Shown: one piece after another, positions 10,470 to 19,860 of the stretch | How positions within the stretch are numbered: position 1 is the stretch's first letter | How the letters are laid out: each line of letters begins with the position of its first letter | Origin: an uncultured Bacillaceae bacterium | GTDB taxonomy: Bacteria; Bacillota; Bacilli; Bacillales; Caldibacillaceae | Reading direction: 5' to 3' | Assembly (NCBI GenBank): GCA_937934645.1 | Contig: CALGYZ010000023.1 | Location: forward strand, 27,905-91,904 | Length of the DNA stretch: 64,000 nt | Translations under genes and position numbers: made by a program | Notes under the pieces: model-generated | The model's database searches: none | Told to the model about the DNA's origin: nothing | Seen by the model: the letters and a program-made list of their open reading frames with translations, nothing else

Positions 10470-11081
10470 TTATGCAAATGCCAGAATTGCACTAATTCCC
10501 ACGTATGACAAGAAGATAAAGAATAACATTGTTACATAAGTTAAAATCCGTTGAGAGCGCGGTGTTACTGTGATTCCCCAGCTTACGAGGAAAGACCACA
10601 ATCCGTTGGACAGGTGGAATGTAGCTGACAAAATACCCACGATATAAAACGCCAGCATCCACGGATTATCGACTATATTTGCCATCATATCAAAATTAAC
10701 TTCCGCGCCGAAAAATGCTTTTTGCAACCGTGTCTCCCAAACATGCCAAGCAATAAAGATGACTAAAAAGATTCCCGTAATTCTTTGCAAGAGGAACATC
10801 CAGTTCCGGAAGAATCCAAACCTGTTAAAATTATGTTTGGCCGTAAAAGCGATATATACTCCGTAAATCGCATGATAGACGATCGGAATATATATTAATA
10901 AGAACTCCAAAATTAACAGGAATGGAAGATTGGCCATGAAGCCTGATGCTTTGTTGTAAGCTTCCGGTCCTCTTGTTGCACTATAGTTTATCAATAAGTG
11001 CACAGTTAAAAATAAGCCCACCGGTATGACCCCGAGCAACGAGTGCAGTCTCCGGTGAAAAAACTCCTTGTTATTAGCCAT
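10470..11081 (-). CDS. sdhC: succinate dehydrogenase cytochrome b558 subunit
   Basis: 203 aa, five hydrophobic helices with conserved His residues. First gene of the sdhCAB order. Confidence 0.9.
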   Translation of the reverse strand: MANNKEFFHRRLHSLLGVIPVGLFLTVHLLINYSATRGPEAYNKASGFMANLPFLLILEFLLIYIPIVYHAIYGVYIAFTAKHNFNRFGFFRNWMFLLQRITGIFLVIFIAWHVWETRLQKAFFGAEVNFDMMANIVDNPWMLAFYIVGILSATFHLSNGLWSFLVSWGITVTPRSQRILTYVTMLFFIFLSYVGISAILAFA

Positions 11082-11152
11082 CTTAAAATGAACCCCCCTT
11101 ATTTTTCCTGCCCTATAAATTTTGGAAACTATGGCAAATATATGACAACTTT

Positions 11153-11181
11153 ATTGTAAACCTTTTTTAGCATACCGTCAA
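11153..11181 (-). promoter_or_regulatory. sigma-A-type promoter of sdhCAB
   Basis: Minus strand TTGACG (11181-11176) - 17 nt - TACAAT (11158-11153), about 70 nt upstream of the sdhC ATG. Confidence 0.55.
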
Positions 11182-11376
11182 GAAAACGGATACAGAATAT
11201 ATAACATTTCGACAATGTTTTTATGGTTTGTTGAAACCACACTAACACAAGTATGACAATATCCTGACAATTTTATCCTTTTTTTGCAAATATATTAATA
11301 TAATTTTCCAATGAAAAATGATAAATAAACCACCGGAAATTGTATATAATAGATTTAAAGAAAAGGGGGTTTATGA

Positions 11377-11820
11377 TTGAGTAAAAATAATGACGAGCAA
11401 GCTGTTGACATCATAAGTTTCTCTGTTCCCGCCTTCGGATACGAATTAATTCGGGAAGAGCTTATGGATGATCTGCTTGGAAATGACAAACCCGGCATTT
11501 TATACTGGGCGGGAAAACGGATTGCGAGAAAATACCCGCTGTTTTCAATTGAGGAAATCACCGAATTTTTCTCGAATGCCGGATGGGGAAATTTAACATT
11601 GGAATATGAAAAAAAATATGAAATGGGTTTTTCTTTAACTAGCGAGCTGATTAAAAACCGGCTTTCAGCGAAAACTTCCGCTACCTTCCAGTTGGAAGCG
11701 GGATTTCTTGCAGAACAAATTAAACGGATTAAAAAAGTATATGCCGAAACTTTTGAACATCCGAAAAAAAAGGTCGGAACCGTCCGTTTTATCGTTCGCT
11801 GGGATGAAGAAACAGATTAG
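11377..11820 (+). CDS. yslB: YslB-like protein (DUF2507)
   Basis: 147 aa. TTG start with SD GGGGG 7 nt upstream. Divergent from sdhC as in B. subtilis. Called by synteny and length. Confidence 0.7.
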   Translation: MSKNNDEQAVDIISFSVPAFGYELIREELMDDLLGNDKPGILYWAGKRIARKYPLFSIEEITEFFSNAGWGNLTLEYEKKYEMGFSLTSELIKNRLSAKTSATFQLEAGFLAEQIKRIKKVYAETFEHPKKKVGTVRFIVRWDEETD

Positions 11821-11866
11821 TCGAATGTCTTTTTGTTATAGCATTTCCAAATTTCATACATATTGC

Positions 11867-11914
11867 AAAAAAATGCAGACTGTCCGGATGTTTTTATGGA
11901 CAGTCTGCTTTTTA
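11867..11914. terminator. bidirectional terminator between yslB and uvrC
   Basis: 11-bp stem GCAGACTGTCC/GGACAGTCTGC (11875-11908), flanked by an A-run and a T-run. Confidence 0.85.
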
Positions 11915-11919
11915 ATCTC

Positions 11920-13707
11920 TCACTTTCCGGTCTCCTGTAATGTTTGGACAATTGCCTCCGCTACTTTTGCAGGAATTCCGATTTTTACAAAATCCTCCTG
12001 TTTTGCCTCCTTCATTTTTTTGACAGAACCGAAATGCCTGATCAGCAGCCTTTTTCTTTTTTCACCGACACCAGGAATTTGATCAAGAACAGATTGGAAC
12101 ATCGATTTCCCGCGCACCTGGCGGTGAAACGTTATAGCAAAACGGTGGACTTCGTCTTGAATCCGCTGGAGAAGATAAAACTCCGGGCTGCGGCGTTCTA
12201 ACGGAACGGTTTCCGGCGGATCCCCATATAACAAATTGGCTGTCCGGTGTTTTTCATCCTTAACAAGACCCGCAACAGGAATATCCAGATTCAATTCGTT
12301 CTGCAAAATATCTTTTGCCGCTTCAATCTGCCCTTTGCCGCCGTCAACAATGATGAGGTCCGGCAATGGGGATCCTTCTTTTAACACCCGGGTATATCTG
12401 CGCCTGATCACTTCCCGCATGGATTCATAATCATCCGGTCCTTCCACCGTTTTAATTTTGTATTTCCGGTACTCTTTTTTATCCGGACGGCCGTTTGTAA
12501 AAACAACCATGGCAGAAACCGGACTTGTGCCTTGAATATTGGAGTTGTCAAATGCTTCAATCCGGTACGGTGTGTAGATTCCCATGATTTTCCCCAGCTT
12601 TTCGACTGCTTTAATCGTCCGTTCCTCATCCCGTTCAAGAAGAGTAAACTTCTCCTTCAATGCAATGGAAGCATTTTTCTTTGCCAAATCCACCAACTCT
12701 TTTTTCTGTCCGCGCATGGGCTGGACAATTTTTACGTTCAGCAATTCTTTCAACAGATCCCCGTCCAGCTCCCTGGGGATCAAAATTTCCTTTGGTTTAA
12801 AGTTATTTGGCTCTTCATAGAACTGGCCGATAAATGAAAGCATTTCCTCTTCCGGTTCATCGTAATACGGCACAATGGATACGTCCCGTTCAATCATTTT
12901 TCCCTGGCGGATGAAAAAAACCTGGACACATAACCATCCTTTATCATAAGCATACCCGAACACATCCCGGTCGACAAAATCCTGCATAATCATTTTTTGC
13001 TTTTCCATCGTCGTCTCAATGGCGCTGATTTTATCCCGGTATTCTTTTGCACGTTCAAAATCAAGGGCTTCCGCTGCTTTTTCCATTCTTTTGACTAATT
13101 CCTTTTTTACTTCCTTATATCCGCCGTTCAAAAACTTTGTAATTTCCTCGGTCATTTTTTTATATGTGCTTTCCTCAATTTTTTGGACGCAAGGGGCGAG
13201 GCATTGGCCGATATGGTAGTAAAGACAGACACGGTCCGGAAGGGTGGAACATTTGCGGAGCGGGTACAAACGATCCAGTAATTTTTTTGTTTCCTTTGCG
13301 GCTTGAACGTTCGGATACGGGCCAAAATATTTTCCTTTATCTTTTTTAACTCTCCGGGTAATAATCAAACGCGGATGTCGTTCCGCGGTTAATTTTATGA
13401 AGGGGTAGCTTTTGTCGTCCTTTAACAACACATTATATTTCGGAGTATGTTTTTTAATTAAATTCATTTCCAATATGAGTGCTTCTAAATCGGATGATGT
13501 AACGATGTACTCAAAATCTTCAATTTCATTTACAAGTGCTTGTGTTTTTCCGTCATGGGTACCGGTAAAATAAGACCGCACCCGGTTTTTTAATATTTTT
13601 GCTTTTCCTACATAAATAATTGTGCCTTGACGGTCCTTCATTAAATAACATCCGGGCTGTTCCGGCAACACTGCCAGCTTTTCCTGTATCCTTTGTTTTT
13701 TGTCCAA
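11920..13707 (-). CDS. uvrC: excinuclease ABC subunit C
   Basis: GIY-YIG segment PGCYLMKD...IIYVGKAK, UvrBC and C-terminal HhH regions. Start re-set to TTG 13707 ([25 protein letters not shown]), because the trxA terminator occupies 13730-13760 inside the ORF-track extension. Confidence 0.93.
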   Translation of the reverse strand: MDKKQRIQEKLAVLPEQPGCYLMKDRQGTIIYVGKAKILKNRVRSYFTGTHDGKTQALVNEIEDFEYIVTSSDLEALILEMNLIKKHTPKYNVLLKDDKSYPFIKLTAERHPRLIITRRVKKDKGKYFGPYPNVQAAKETKKLLDRLYPLRKCSTLPDRVCLYYHIGQCLAPCVQKIEESTYKKMTEEITKFLNGGYKEVKKELVKRMEKAAEALDFERAKEYRDKISAIETTMEKQKMIMQDFVDRDVFGYAYDKGWLCVQVFFIRQGKMIERDVSIVPYYDEPEEEMLSFIGQFYEEPNNFKPKEILIPRELDGDLLKELLNVKIVQPMRGQKKELVDLAKKNASIALKEKFTLLERDEERTIKAVEKLGKIMGIYTPYRIEAFDNSNIQGTSPVSAMVVFTNGRPDKKEYRKYKIKTVEGPDDYESMREVIRRRYTRVLKEGSPLPDLIIVDGGKGQIEAAKDILQNELNLDIPVAGLVKDEKHRTANLLYGDPPETVPLERRSPEFYLLQRIQDEVHRFAITFHRQVRGKSMFQSVLDQIPGVGEKRKRLLIRHFGSVKKMKEAKQEDFVKIGIPAKVAEAIVQTLQETGK

Positions 13708-13729
13708 TTGTTCATCACCAACTTTTCTA

Positions 13730-13760
13730 TCAAAAAAACAGCCCAATAATTGGACTGTTT
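13730..13760 (-). terminator. intrinsic terminator after trxA
   Basis: Minus strand AAAAAAACAGTCCAATTATTGGGCTGTTTTTTT: a 7-bp stem with one G-U pair, followed by a 7-T run. Confidence 0.75.
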
Positions 13761-13801
13761 TTTTGCTGATTATTTCAGGATTTAATTTTATTATAAAAGA
13801 A

Positions 13802-14116
13802 TTATAAATGATTGTTAATAACTTCTACTAAAGCTTCTTTTGGACGGTACCCGACAACTTTGTCAACAATTTCCCCGTCTTTAAACAAAATTAAAGTTGG
13901 AATGCTCATCACACCGTATTTTGCGGCAGTTTCCTGGTTTTCATCAACATCCAGTTTTACAATTTTCACTTTATCGCCCATTTCAGCATCAAGTTCTTCG
14001 AGCACCGGAGCGATCATTCTGCACGGACCGCACCATGTAGCCCAAAAGTCCGCAAGCACCAGGCCCTGGCTGATTTCCTGGCTGAATGTTTCATCAGTAG
14101 CATTTACAATTGCCAT
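13802..14116 (-). CDS. trxA: thioredoxin
   Basis: [37 protein letters not shown]... with the WCGPC active site. 104 aa from ATG 14116 (SD GGGAGGG 6 nt upstream). Confidence 0.95.
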   Translation of the reverse strand: MAIVNATDETFSQEISQGLVLADFWATWCGPCRMIAPVLEELDAEMGDKVKIVKLDVDENQETAAKYGVMSIPTLILFKDGEIVDKVVGYRPKEALVEVINNHL

Positions 14117-14186
14117 TTTTGACCCTCCCAAAAATTTTCTTTGTCATCTACATTGTGCAATACAAGTAATTTTTCTCAAGACCATT

Positions 14187-14210
14187 TTACCCTAAAGCGG
14201 TTAAAATAAC
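14187..14210 (-). promoter_or_regulatory. candidate sigma-B-type promoter upstream of trxA
   Basis: Minus strand GTTATT - 12 nt - GGGTAA resembles the recalled sigma-B consensus GTTTAA-N12-15-GGGTAT. B. subtilis trxA is known to have a sigma-B promoter. Confidence 0.35.
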
Positions 14211-14401
14211 CACTAATTGAAACTGGCCGCTCATATCCCCCTCCTGCAAAATCATGATAAATGAACGGAAGCTCAAACTAGTCTTGTGCATTAGGCATTT
14301 ATACCAATCTATTCCGGAGGCAGAAAAAAGCCGTCCAACATAAGGATTCCGGAAAATTCCTATATCCTTCCATTGAACGGCATTACCCGAAGAATTCGGG
14401 T

Positions 14402-15379
14402 TCAAACGTTAATTTTTAATTTTTTAATTTCTTCGGTAAGAAGAGGAACAACATCGAATAAGTCACCGACAATTCCATAATCCGCTATGTTGAAAATATT
14501 TGCATCGGGATCTTTATTAATCGCAACAATGACTTTTGAGTTTGACATACCGGCTAAATGCTGTATGGCCCCGGAAATTCCACAGGCAATATAAAGGTCC
14601 GGTGTAACAACTTTTCCGGTTTGTCCAATTTGCAAAGAATAGTCACAATATCCGGCGTCACATGCCCCACGGGATGCACCGACTGCACCGCCCAAAGCAT
14701 CGGCCAGCTCTTGCAGGATTTTAAAGCCTTCGGCGCTCTTGACTCCTCTTCCTCCTGCTACAACTACTTTAGCCTCCGATAAATCGATCCCTTCACTTGT
14801 TTTGCGGACAATTTTCTTGATAACCGTGCGCAAGTCTTTAATATCAACATCCAACTTTTCCACATTGCCAGTACGGAATTCATCTTTTTCCGGAGCAGAA
14901 ATATTGTTCGGACGGATCGTGGCAAAGATAATACCGTCTGTAATGATTTTCTTTTCAAATGCTTTTCCGGAGTAAATGGGACGGGTAAAGACAATATTCC
15001 TCCCGGTAATTTCCACATCAACGGCATCCGAAATTAATCCAGATCCGAGTTTGCTTGCAATTTTCGGCGCCAGATCTTTCCCCAGGGAAGTATGTCCGAT
15101 GATGATCGCATCCGGATTTTCTTTTTCAATTACCGCGAGAAAAGCTTGTGAAAAGCCGTCTGTCGTGTAGTTTTTCAAGTTCTCATGTTCAACGGTGACA
15201 ACCCGGTCCGCTCCATAATGAATGAATTCACCGGCGAGATGTTTGACTGAGTTCCCCAATAATACACCCGTTACTTCTCCGCCCTCGGAAACAGTTTTTG
15301 CCGCAGCCACTGCTTCAAAGGATATGTGGCGGAACTTTCCGTCCTTCAACTCTCCCAAAACTAGTACTTTTCGCGCCAT
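14402..15379 (-). CDS. etfA: electron transfer flavoprotein alpha subunit
   Basis: 325 aa. C-terminal FAD-binding region ...GGRGV...ASRGACDAGY...QIGQTGKVVTPDLYIACGISGAIQHLAGM. Confidence 0.93.
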   Translation of the reverse strand: MARKVLVLGELKDGKFRHISFEAVAAAKTVSEGGEVTGVLLGNSVKHLAGEFIHYGADRVVTVEHENLKNYTTDGFSQAFLAVIEKENPDAIIIGHTSLGKDLAPKIASKLGSGLISDAVDVEITGRNIVFTRPIYSGKAFEKKIITDGIIFATIRPNNISAPEKDEFRTGNVEKLDVDIKDLRTVIKKIVRKTSEGIDLSEAKVVVAGGRGVKSAEGFKILQELADALGGAVGASRGACDAGYCDYSLQIGQTGKVVTPDLYIACGISGAIQHLAGMSNSKVIVAINKDPDANIFNIADYGIVGDLFDVVPLLTEEIKKLKINV

Positions 15380-15406
15380 CCTAACACCCTCCTTATATTT
15401 ATGTAA

Positions 15407-16183
15407 TCAGATCACTTTCGCTTCTTTTTGCAACAGGGAAACGAGTTCAGATACTTGTTTCTCGATCTCTCCTTCCAAAATTTTTCCGGCTTCTTTTTCC
15501 GGAGGCAAAAATCTGTCTATTGTTTTTGTTTTCGGTTGCACGTCGTCTTCATCCAGCCCCAAATCATCCAACTCCAGCACTTCAAGCGGCTTCTTTTTTG
15601 CTTTCATAATTCCCGGAAGAGACGGATAACGCGGTTCGTTTAATCCCTGTTGGGCTGTCACCAATAACGGCAGCGTGGTTTCTATTTTTTCTTCATCCCC
15701 TTCCACATCCCGTACAATGTTCACTTTCTTTCCGTCAATTTCAATGTCCGTAATTGTCGTTACACAGGGGATGTTCAATAAATCGGCCACCCGGGGTCCC
15801 ACCTGTCCGGAAGCATGATCAATCGCCACATTTCCTGCTAATATCAATTCGGCATCTTTGTCTTTTAAATATTCCGCTAAAATTACTGAAGTTGTATATT
15901 GATCTGTTTCTTCCAAATCGTCTTCCACATTAATTAAAACCGCTTTGTCCGCCCCCATTGCCAATGCTGTACGAAGCTGTTTTTCAGCTTCTTCATTCCC
16001 AACAGTAACAACCGTTACTTCCCCGCCGTGTTTTTCACGCAATTGTATTGCTTCTTCCACCGCGTACTCATCGTACGGGTTAATGATAAATTCAGCATCT
16101 TCTTCATTTATCTTGCCATTTTCAATGGTGATTTTTTCCTCTGTATCCAGCGTCCGTTTTAACAAAACATAAATATTCATCAT
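15407..16183 (-). CDS. etfB: electron transfer flavoprotein beta subunit
   Basis: 258 aa, MNIYVLLKRTLDTEEKI...NPYDEYAVEEA. The second ATG (16180) has the better SD spacing. Confidence 0.93.
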   Translation of the reverse strand: MMNIYVLLKRTLDTEEKITIENGKINEEDAEFIINPYDEYAVEEAIQLREKHGGEVTVVTVGNEEAEKQLRTALAMGADKAVLINVEDDLEETDQYTTSVILAEYLKDKDAELILAGNVAIDHASGQVGPRVADLLNIPCVTTITDIEIDGKKVNIVRDVEGDEEKIETTLPLLVTAQQGLNEPRYPSLPGIMKAKKKPLEVLELDDLGLDEDDVQPKTKTIDRFLPPEKEAGKILEGEIEKQVSELVSLLQKEAKVI

Positions 16184-16262
16184 CTTCCCTCCCTTAATTA
16201 ATCAGAAACTATTTATTTCCTATACAGATGTATATTTAAAATGTTCAGAATTTTTTTAATGA

Positions 16263-17024
16263 TTATTTTCCTTTAAACACCGGCTTTCTTTTCTCTAAAA
16301 ATGCTTGTCTGCCTTCCTTCGCATCCTCTGTCACAAAAAGTTCACCGAAATAGTCAGCTTCCTTTTCCAGTGCGTATTTTCCATGATCAAATACTAAGTC
16401 AAGGACCACTCTCACAGATAAGGGGCTTTTGTTTTCCAGCTTTTTTGCCAATTGCATCGCTTCTTTCAAAACATTCGAATCCGGTACGGCTTTCAGCGCC
16501 AGACCGTATTCAACCGCTTCTGTTCCTGAAACCGGTTCGCCTGTGAGCATCATTTCTAGCGCTTTTTCCCTTCCGGTATACCGGGGCAGTCGTTGTGTAC
16601 CGCCGAACCCGGGTACGATTCCAAGTTGAAGTTCCGGCAGACCGAGTTTTGCCGCCTCACCGACAATGCGGATGTGGCAGCTCATTGCCAGTTCCAACCC
16701 CCCGCCCAAAGCGGCCCCGTGAATTGCTGCAATGACCGGTTTGGAAAATCGTTCAATTTTTTCAAAAACATTTTGTCCCTGTCTGGATAAATCCCGGGCC
16801 CGCTCTTTCGAAGGAATGCCAGTGAATTCTTTTATATCGGCGCCGGCGGAAAAAAATCTTCCTTCCCCGTGAAGAACTACTGCCCGAGTCTTTTGATCGT
16901 TTTCCAGTTCAGTGAAAATAGTGTCCAATTCCCGGATAACTTCCGTTGACAAAGCGTTGGCTGGCGGCCGGTTCAGCGAAACCACCGCTGTAAACCCTTC
17001 TTTTCTTATTTTTACAAACTCCAT
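16263..17024 (-). CDS. fadB: enoyl-CoA hydratase (crotonase family)
   Basis: Crotonase motifs FSAGADIKEF and AAIHGAALGGGLELAMSCH. Start re-set to ATG 17024. Position fadR-fadB-etfBA as in B. subtilis (ysiB). Confidence 0.88.
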   Translation of the reverse strand: MEFVKIRKEGFTAVVSLNRPPANALSTEVIRELDTIFTELENDQKTRAVVLHGEGRFFSAGADIKEFTGIPSKERARDLSRQGQNVFEKIERFSKPVIAAIHGAALGGGLELAMSCHIRIVGEAAKLGLPELQLGIVPGFGGTQRLPRYTGREKALEMMLTGEPVSGTEAVEYGLALKAVPDSNVLKEAMQLAKKLENKSPLSVRVVLDLVFDHGKYALEKEADYFGELFVTEDAKEGRQAFLEKRKPVFKGK

Positions 17025-17110
17025 CCCTTTCACTCCCAACCAGTCATTCTATTAAATGATTATATAAATAAAACCCAAAATAATCAATAATATTAAAAAA
17101 TATCAGAAAA

Positions 17111-17716
17111 TTATTTATGTTCCTGTTTTCTGTTTCTTCTTCCGCAACCGTTCATTAGTAATCGATGAACATCCGGTACCAACGAAACCAAATCATATTT
17201 TTGTTCGTTCATAACCCATGTCGTCACCGTTTCATCAATTGTGCCGAAAATCATTTGCCTTGCCAGCCGGACATCCAGTTGTTCATCAAACTCTTTGTTT
17301 TTAATTCCTTCTTCCAAAATTTGATCAATCAGCTGTAAATAGTCTTTTAAAATGCGGTTAATTTGCTGGCGCAACTCTTTATTCGTTTGCCGCAGTTCCA
17401 GCTGGGTTACAACGGCCAGATGCCGGTCTTCCGCAAGTTTTTTAAAATGATTTTCAATAAGCAGCAGTAATTTTTCCGACGCCGAACTTTTTTTATTCAT
17501 TCCTTCTGCAAGATCGTGGATAAATGTCCCCATTTTTTCACGGAAAAGGGAAATCAAAATATCTTCTTTATTCTGGAAATAAAGATAAATCGTTCCGTCG
17601 GCAACTCCGGCTTCTCTGGCAATTTTGGAAACCTGGGATTTGTGATATCCGTTTTCTGCAATGGTAATCACAGCTGCATCGATAATCTTTTTGTATTTTG
17701 GCTTGTTGCTTTTCAA
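17111..17716 (-). CDS. fadR: TetR-family fatty-acid degradation repressor FadR (YsiA)
   Basis: KPKYKKIIDAAVITIAENGYHKSQVSKIAREAGVADGTIYLYFQNKEDILISLF and LARQMIFGTIDETVTTWVMNEQKYDL closely match my recollection of B. subtilis FadR. Start re-set to TTG 17716 (SD GGTGA 5 nt upstream). Confidence 0.9.
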   Translation of the reverse strand: MKSNKPKYKKIIDAAVITIAENGYHKSQVSKIAREAGVADGTIYLYFQNKEDILISLFREKMGTFIHDLAEGMNKKSSASEKLLLLIENHFKKLAEDRHLAVVTQLELRQTNKELRQQINRILKDYLQLIDQILEEGIKNKEFDEQLDVRLARQMIFGTIDETVTTWVMNEQKYDLVSLVPDVHRLLMNGCGRRNRKQEHK

Positions 17717-17756
17717 TGGCTTCACCTGCAAATTATTATATGTTTTTATTCATCAA

Positions 17757-17774
17757 TGAATGAATGCTCATTCA
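17757..17774. promoter_or_regulatory. FadR (YsiA) operator
   Basis: Perfect inverted repeat TGAATGA-ATGC-TCATTCA, 41 nt upstream of the fadR start. It matches the palindromic TGAATGA...TCATTCA YsiA box reported for B. subtilis (recalled). Confidence 0.6.
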
Positions 17775-17861
17775 TAATTTGATCGTAAAATTTTCCGGTC
17801 TTTTGTCAATCCGGGTTGTCCATTTTACCGGTAAAAAACAACGGAATATGATACTTGGAAC

Positions 17862-19562
17862 TTAATCTTTCTTCTCTTGCCTTTCTTTGATTTTTTTCAA
17901 CTCTTCTTCCATTAAACGGCGGCGTAATATTTTACCGACCGTGGTTTTCGGCAGTTCATCCCGGAACTCATACAACCTTGGTACTTTATACGCAGCTAAA
18001 TTCTTTCTTAAATGACGGTCCAACTCTTCTTCCGTAACAGTCCAGCCTTCTTTTAAGACAACATAGGCTTTCACTGTCTCACCGCGGTATGGATCTGGAA
18101 TGCCGGCTGCAGCCGCTTCCTTTACTGCAGGATGTTCATAAAGCACTTCCTCGATTTCCCGCGGGTAAATATTATATCCGCCCGCAATAATCATATCTTT
18201 TTTCCGGTCCACGATATAAAAATATCCTTCTTCATCCATATATCCGAGATCACCGGTATACAACCATCCGTCCCGTAATGTTTTTTCCGTTTCTTCCTGA
18301 CGGTTCCAGTATCCTTTCATTACCTGCGGTCCTTTGACCACAAGTTCCCCGATTTCTCCGGGCGGCAGTGGTTCGTCCGTATCCAACGATCGGATTTCTG
18401 CAAGGGTGTCCGGCCACGGGATCCCAATCGATCCTCTTACCTGCTTTCCGTCCCAGATCAGGTTGGCATGGGTAACCGGGGAAGATTCGGTCAGACCATA
18501 GCCTTCAACCAGCTTCCCTCCTGTAACGGATTCAAATTTCTCTTGCACTTCTACGGGCAAAGGAGCGGAACCGCTGATACAGCATTTAATGGAGGATAAA
18601 TCATATTTGAACAAATCCGGATGGTTTAACAGACCTATATACATGGTCGGCGCACCGGGAAATAATGTCGGTCTTTGATTCTGAATGGTTTTCAATAAAA
18701 TGCCGGGTTCGGGTTTCGGGATCAGGATTGCCTTTTGGCTCTGCATAATGGATAAGATCATAACCGTTGTCAAGCCGTAAACATGGAACAGCGGCAATGC
18801 GCCGAGAATAATTTCATTCCCTTCTTCACACCTGTACATCCAGGCTTCACACATTTTCGTATTGGCAATCAGATTGGTATGGGTTAACATGACCCCCTTC
18901 GGCAAACCTGTCGTTCCCCCGGTATATTGCAAGACAGCCGTGCTTTCAGGTTCACCGTCAGCCGCTTTTGTACGAAAGGGAACTGTATTTTTCATAATTT
19001 CTCGGAACAAATGGTTATTTCCTTCATGTTTCACTTTTACGGAATACCCGTATTGTTTTTTTTGCATAAACGGATATATGATATTTTTCGGGAATGGCAA
19101 GTAGTCTTTGATTTCCGTAATGATGACATGTTCCAGATCAGTTTCATTCAGTATTTTTGTAATCCGGGGATACAAGATATCAAGGACGACAATGGCTTTC
19201 GCCCCTGAATCCTTCATTTGGAAGACAAGTTCTCTTTCCGTGTACATCGGATTCACCATGACCACAATGCCGCCGGCAAAAAGAATCCCGAAAAAGCTGA
19301 TGAATGTTTGAGGTGTATTCGGAAGCATGACCGCCACCCGGTCCCCCTGTTTAATTCCGAGTTGTTTCAAATACCCGGCAAGCTTTAAAGAAGATTCATA
19401 TAATTCTTTGTATCTCAGCTCCTTTCCCATAAAATGAAGAGATGTTTTATCCGGATATTTTTCAGACGTCTTTTGCAAAATTTCCTGAAGCAAACCGGAT
19501 TCATAGGACAATGTATGCGGGATTTCCTTCGGGTAATGTTTTAACCACGGTTTATGATCCAT
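17862..19562 (-). CDS. lcfA: long-chain fatty-acid--CoA ligase
   Basis: AMP-binding signature LQYTGGTTGLPKGVMLTHTNL, plus GYGLTE and YTGDLG. Start re-set to ATG 19562 (MDHKPWLKHYP) with SD GGGAGGGAG. Confidence 0.92.
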   Translation of the reverse strand: MDHKPWLKHYPKEIPHTLSYESGLLQEILQKTSEKYPDKTSLHFMGKELRYKELYESSLKLAGYLKQLGIKQGDRVAVMLPNTPQTFISFFGILFAGGIVVMVNPMYTERELVFQMKDSGAKAIVVLDILYPRITKILNETDLEHVIITEIKDYLPFPKNIIYPFMQKKQYGYSVKVKHEGNNHLFREIMKNTVPFRTKAADGEPESTAVLQYTGGTTGLPKGVMLTHTNLIANTKMCEAWMYRCEEGNEIILGALPLFHVYGLTTVMILSIMQSQKAILIPKPEPGILLKTIQNQRPTLFPGAPTMYIGLLNHPDLFKYDLSSIKCCISGSAPLPVEVQEKFESVTGGKLVEGYGLTESSPVTHANLIWDGKQVRGSIGIPWPDTLAEIRSLDTDEPLPPGEIGELVVKGPQVMKGYWNRQEETEKTLRDGWLYTGDLGYMDEEGYFYIVDRKKDMIIAGGYNIYPREIEEVLYEHPAVKEAAAAGIPDPYRGETVKAYVVLKEGWTVTEEELDRHLRKNLAAYKVPRLYEFRDELPKTTVGKILRRRLMEEELKKIKERQEKKD

Positions 19563-19660
19563 AAACTCCCTCCCCCGCAATTAAAAATAATCTGAATTTC
19601 CAAATTATTCTTTCTCAATATCTTACTAAAAACCTGATAACAGTTACAAGGAAATTTCAG

Positions 19661-19694
19661 TAAAAAAGACTCCCCCGGAGTTGATCAGGGAGTC
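19661..19694 (-). terminator. intrinsic terminator ending the polX-mutS2(-sORF) unit
   Basis: Stem GACTCCC/GGGAGTC (19668-19694), followed on the minus strand by TTTTTT. Confidence 0.8.
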
Positions 19695-19696
19695 TT

Positions 19697-19774
19697 TTAA
19701 ATAAGAAAATATAGTATACCGGCCACGAGAAAAAGCAGACAACAAATGAGAAGAATTTTTCCCAATTGTTCCAA
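19697..19774 (-). CDS. hypothetical 25-aa hydrophobic peptide (unannotated sORF)
   Basis: SD AAGGGGAG, 6 nt, then TTG start. Translation MEQLGKILLICCLLFLVAGILYFLI ends in TAA, immediately followed by the terminator at 19661-19694. Too short for the ORF track. Confidence 0.35.
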   Translation of the reverse strand: MEQLGKILLICCLLFLVAGILYFLI

Positions 19775-19860
19775 GTGCTTCTCCCCTTATTGAAAGTTTA
19801 TGCGGGTATATGAAAATGTTGCTGATTTTCTAATTTTTCTATCAAGGATCAAACCCGGTA

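Noticed and set aside
11208-11214. Exact Spo0A-box heptamer (TGTCGAA on the minus strand) plus three TTGTCA copies upstream of the sdhC promoter
   Set aside because: A 7-mer is expected several times by chance in 64 kb of two strands. I know of no Spo0A control of sdh, and the other copies deviate from the box.
14187-14405. 72-aa minus-strand ORF between etfA and trxA
   Set aside because: It overlaps the etfA terminator hairpin and the trxA promoter region. There is no SD and no recognisable family features.
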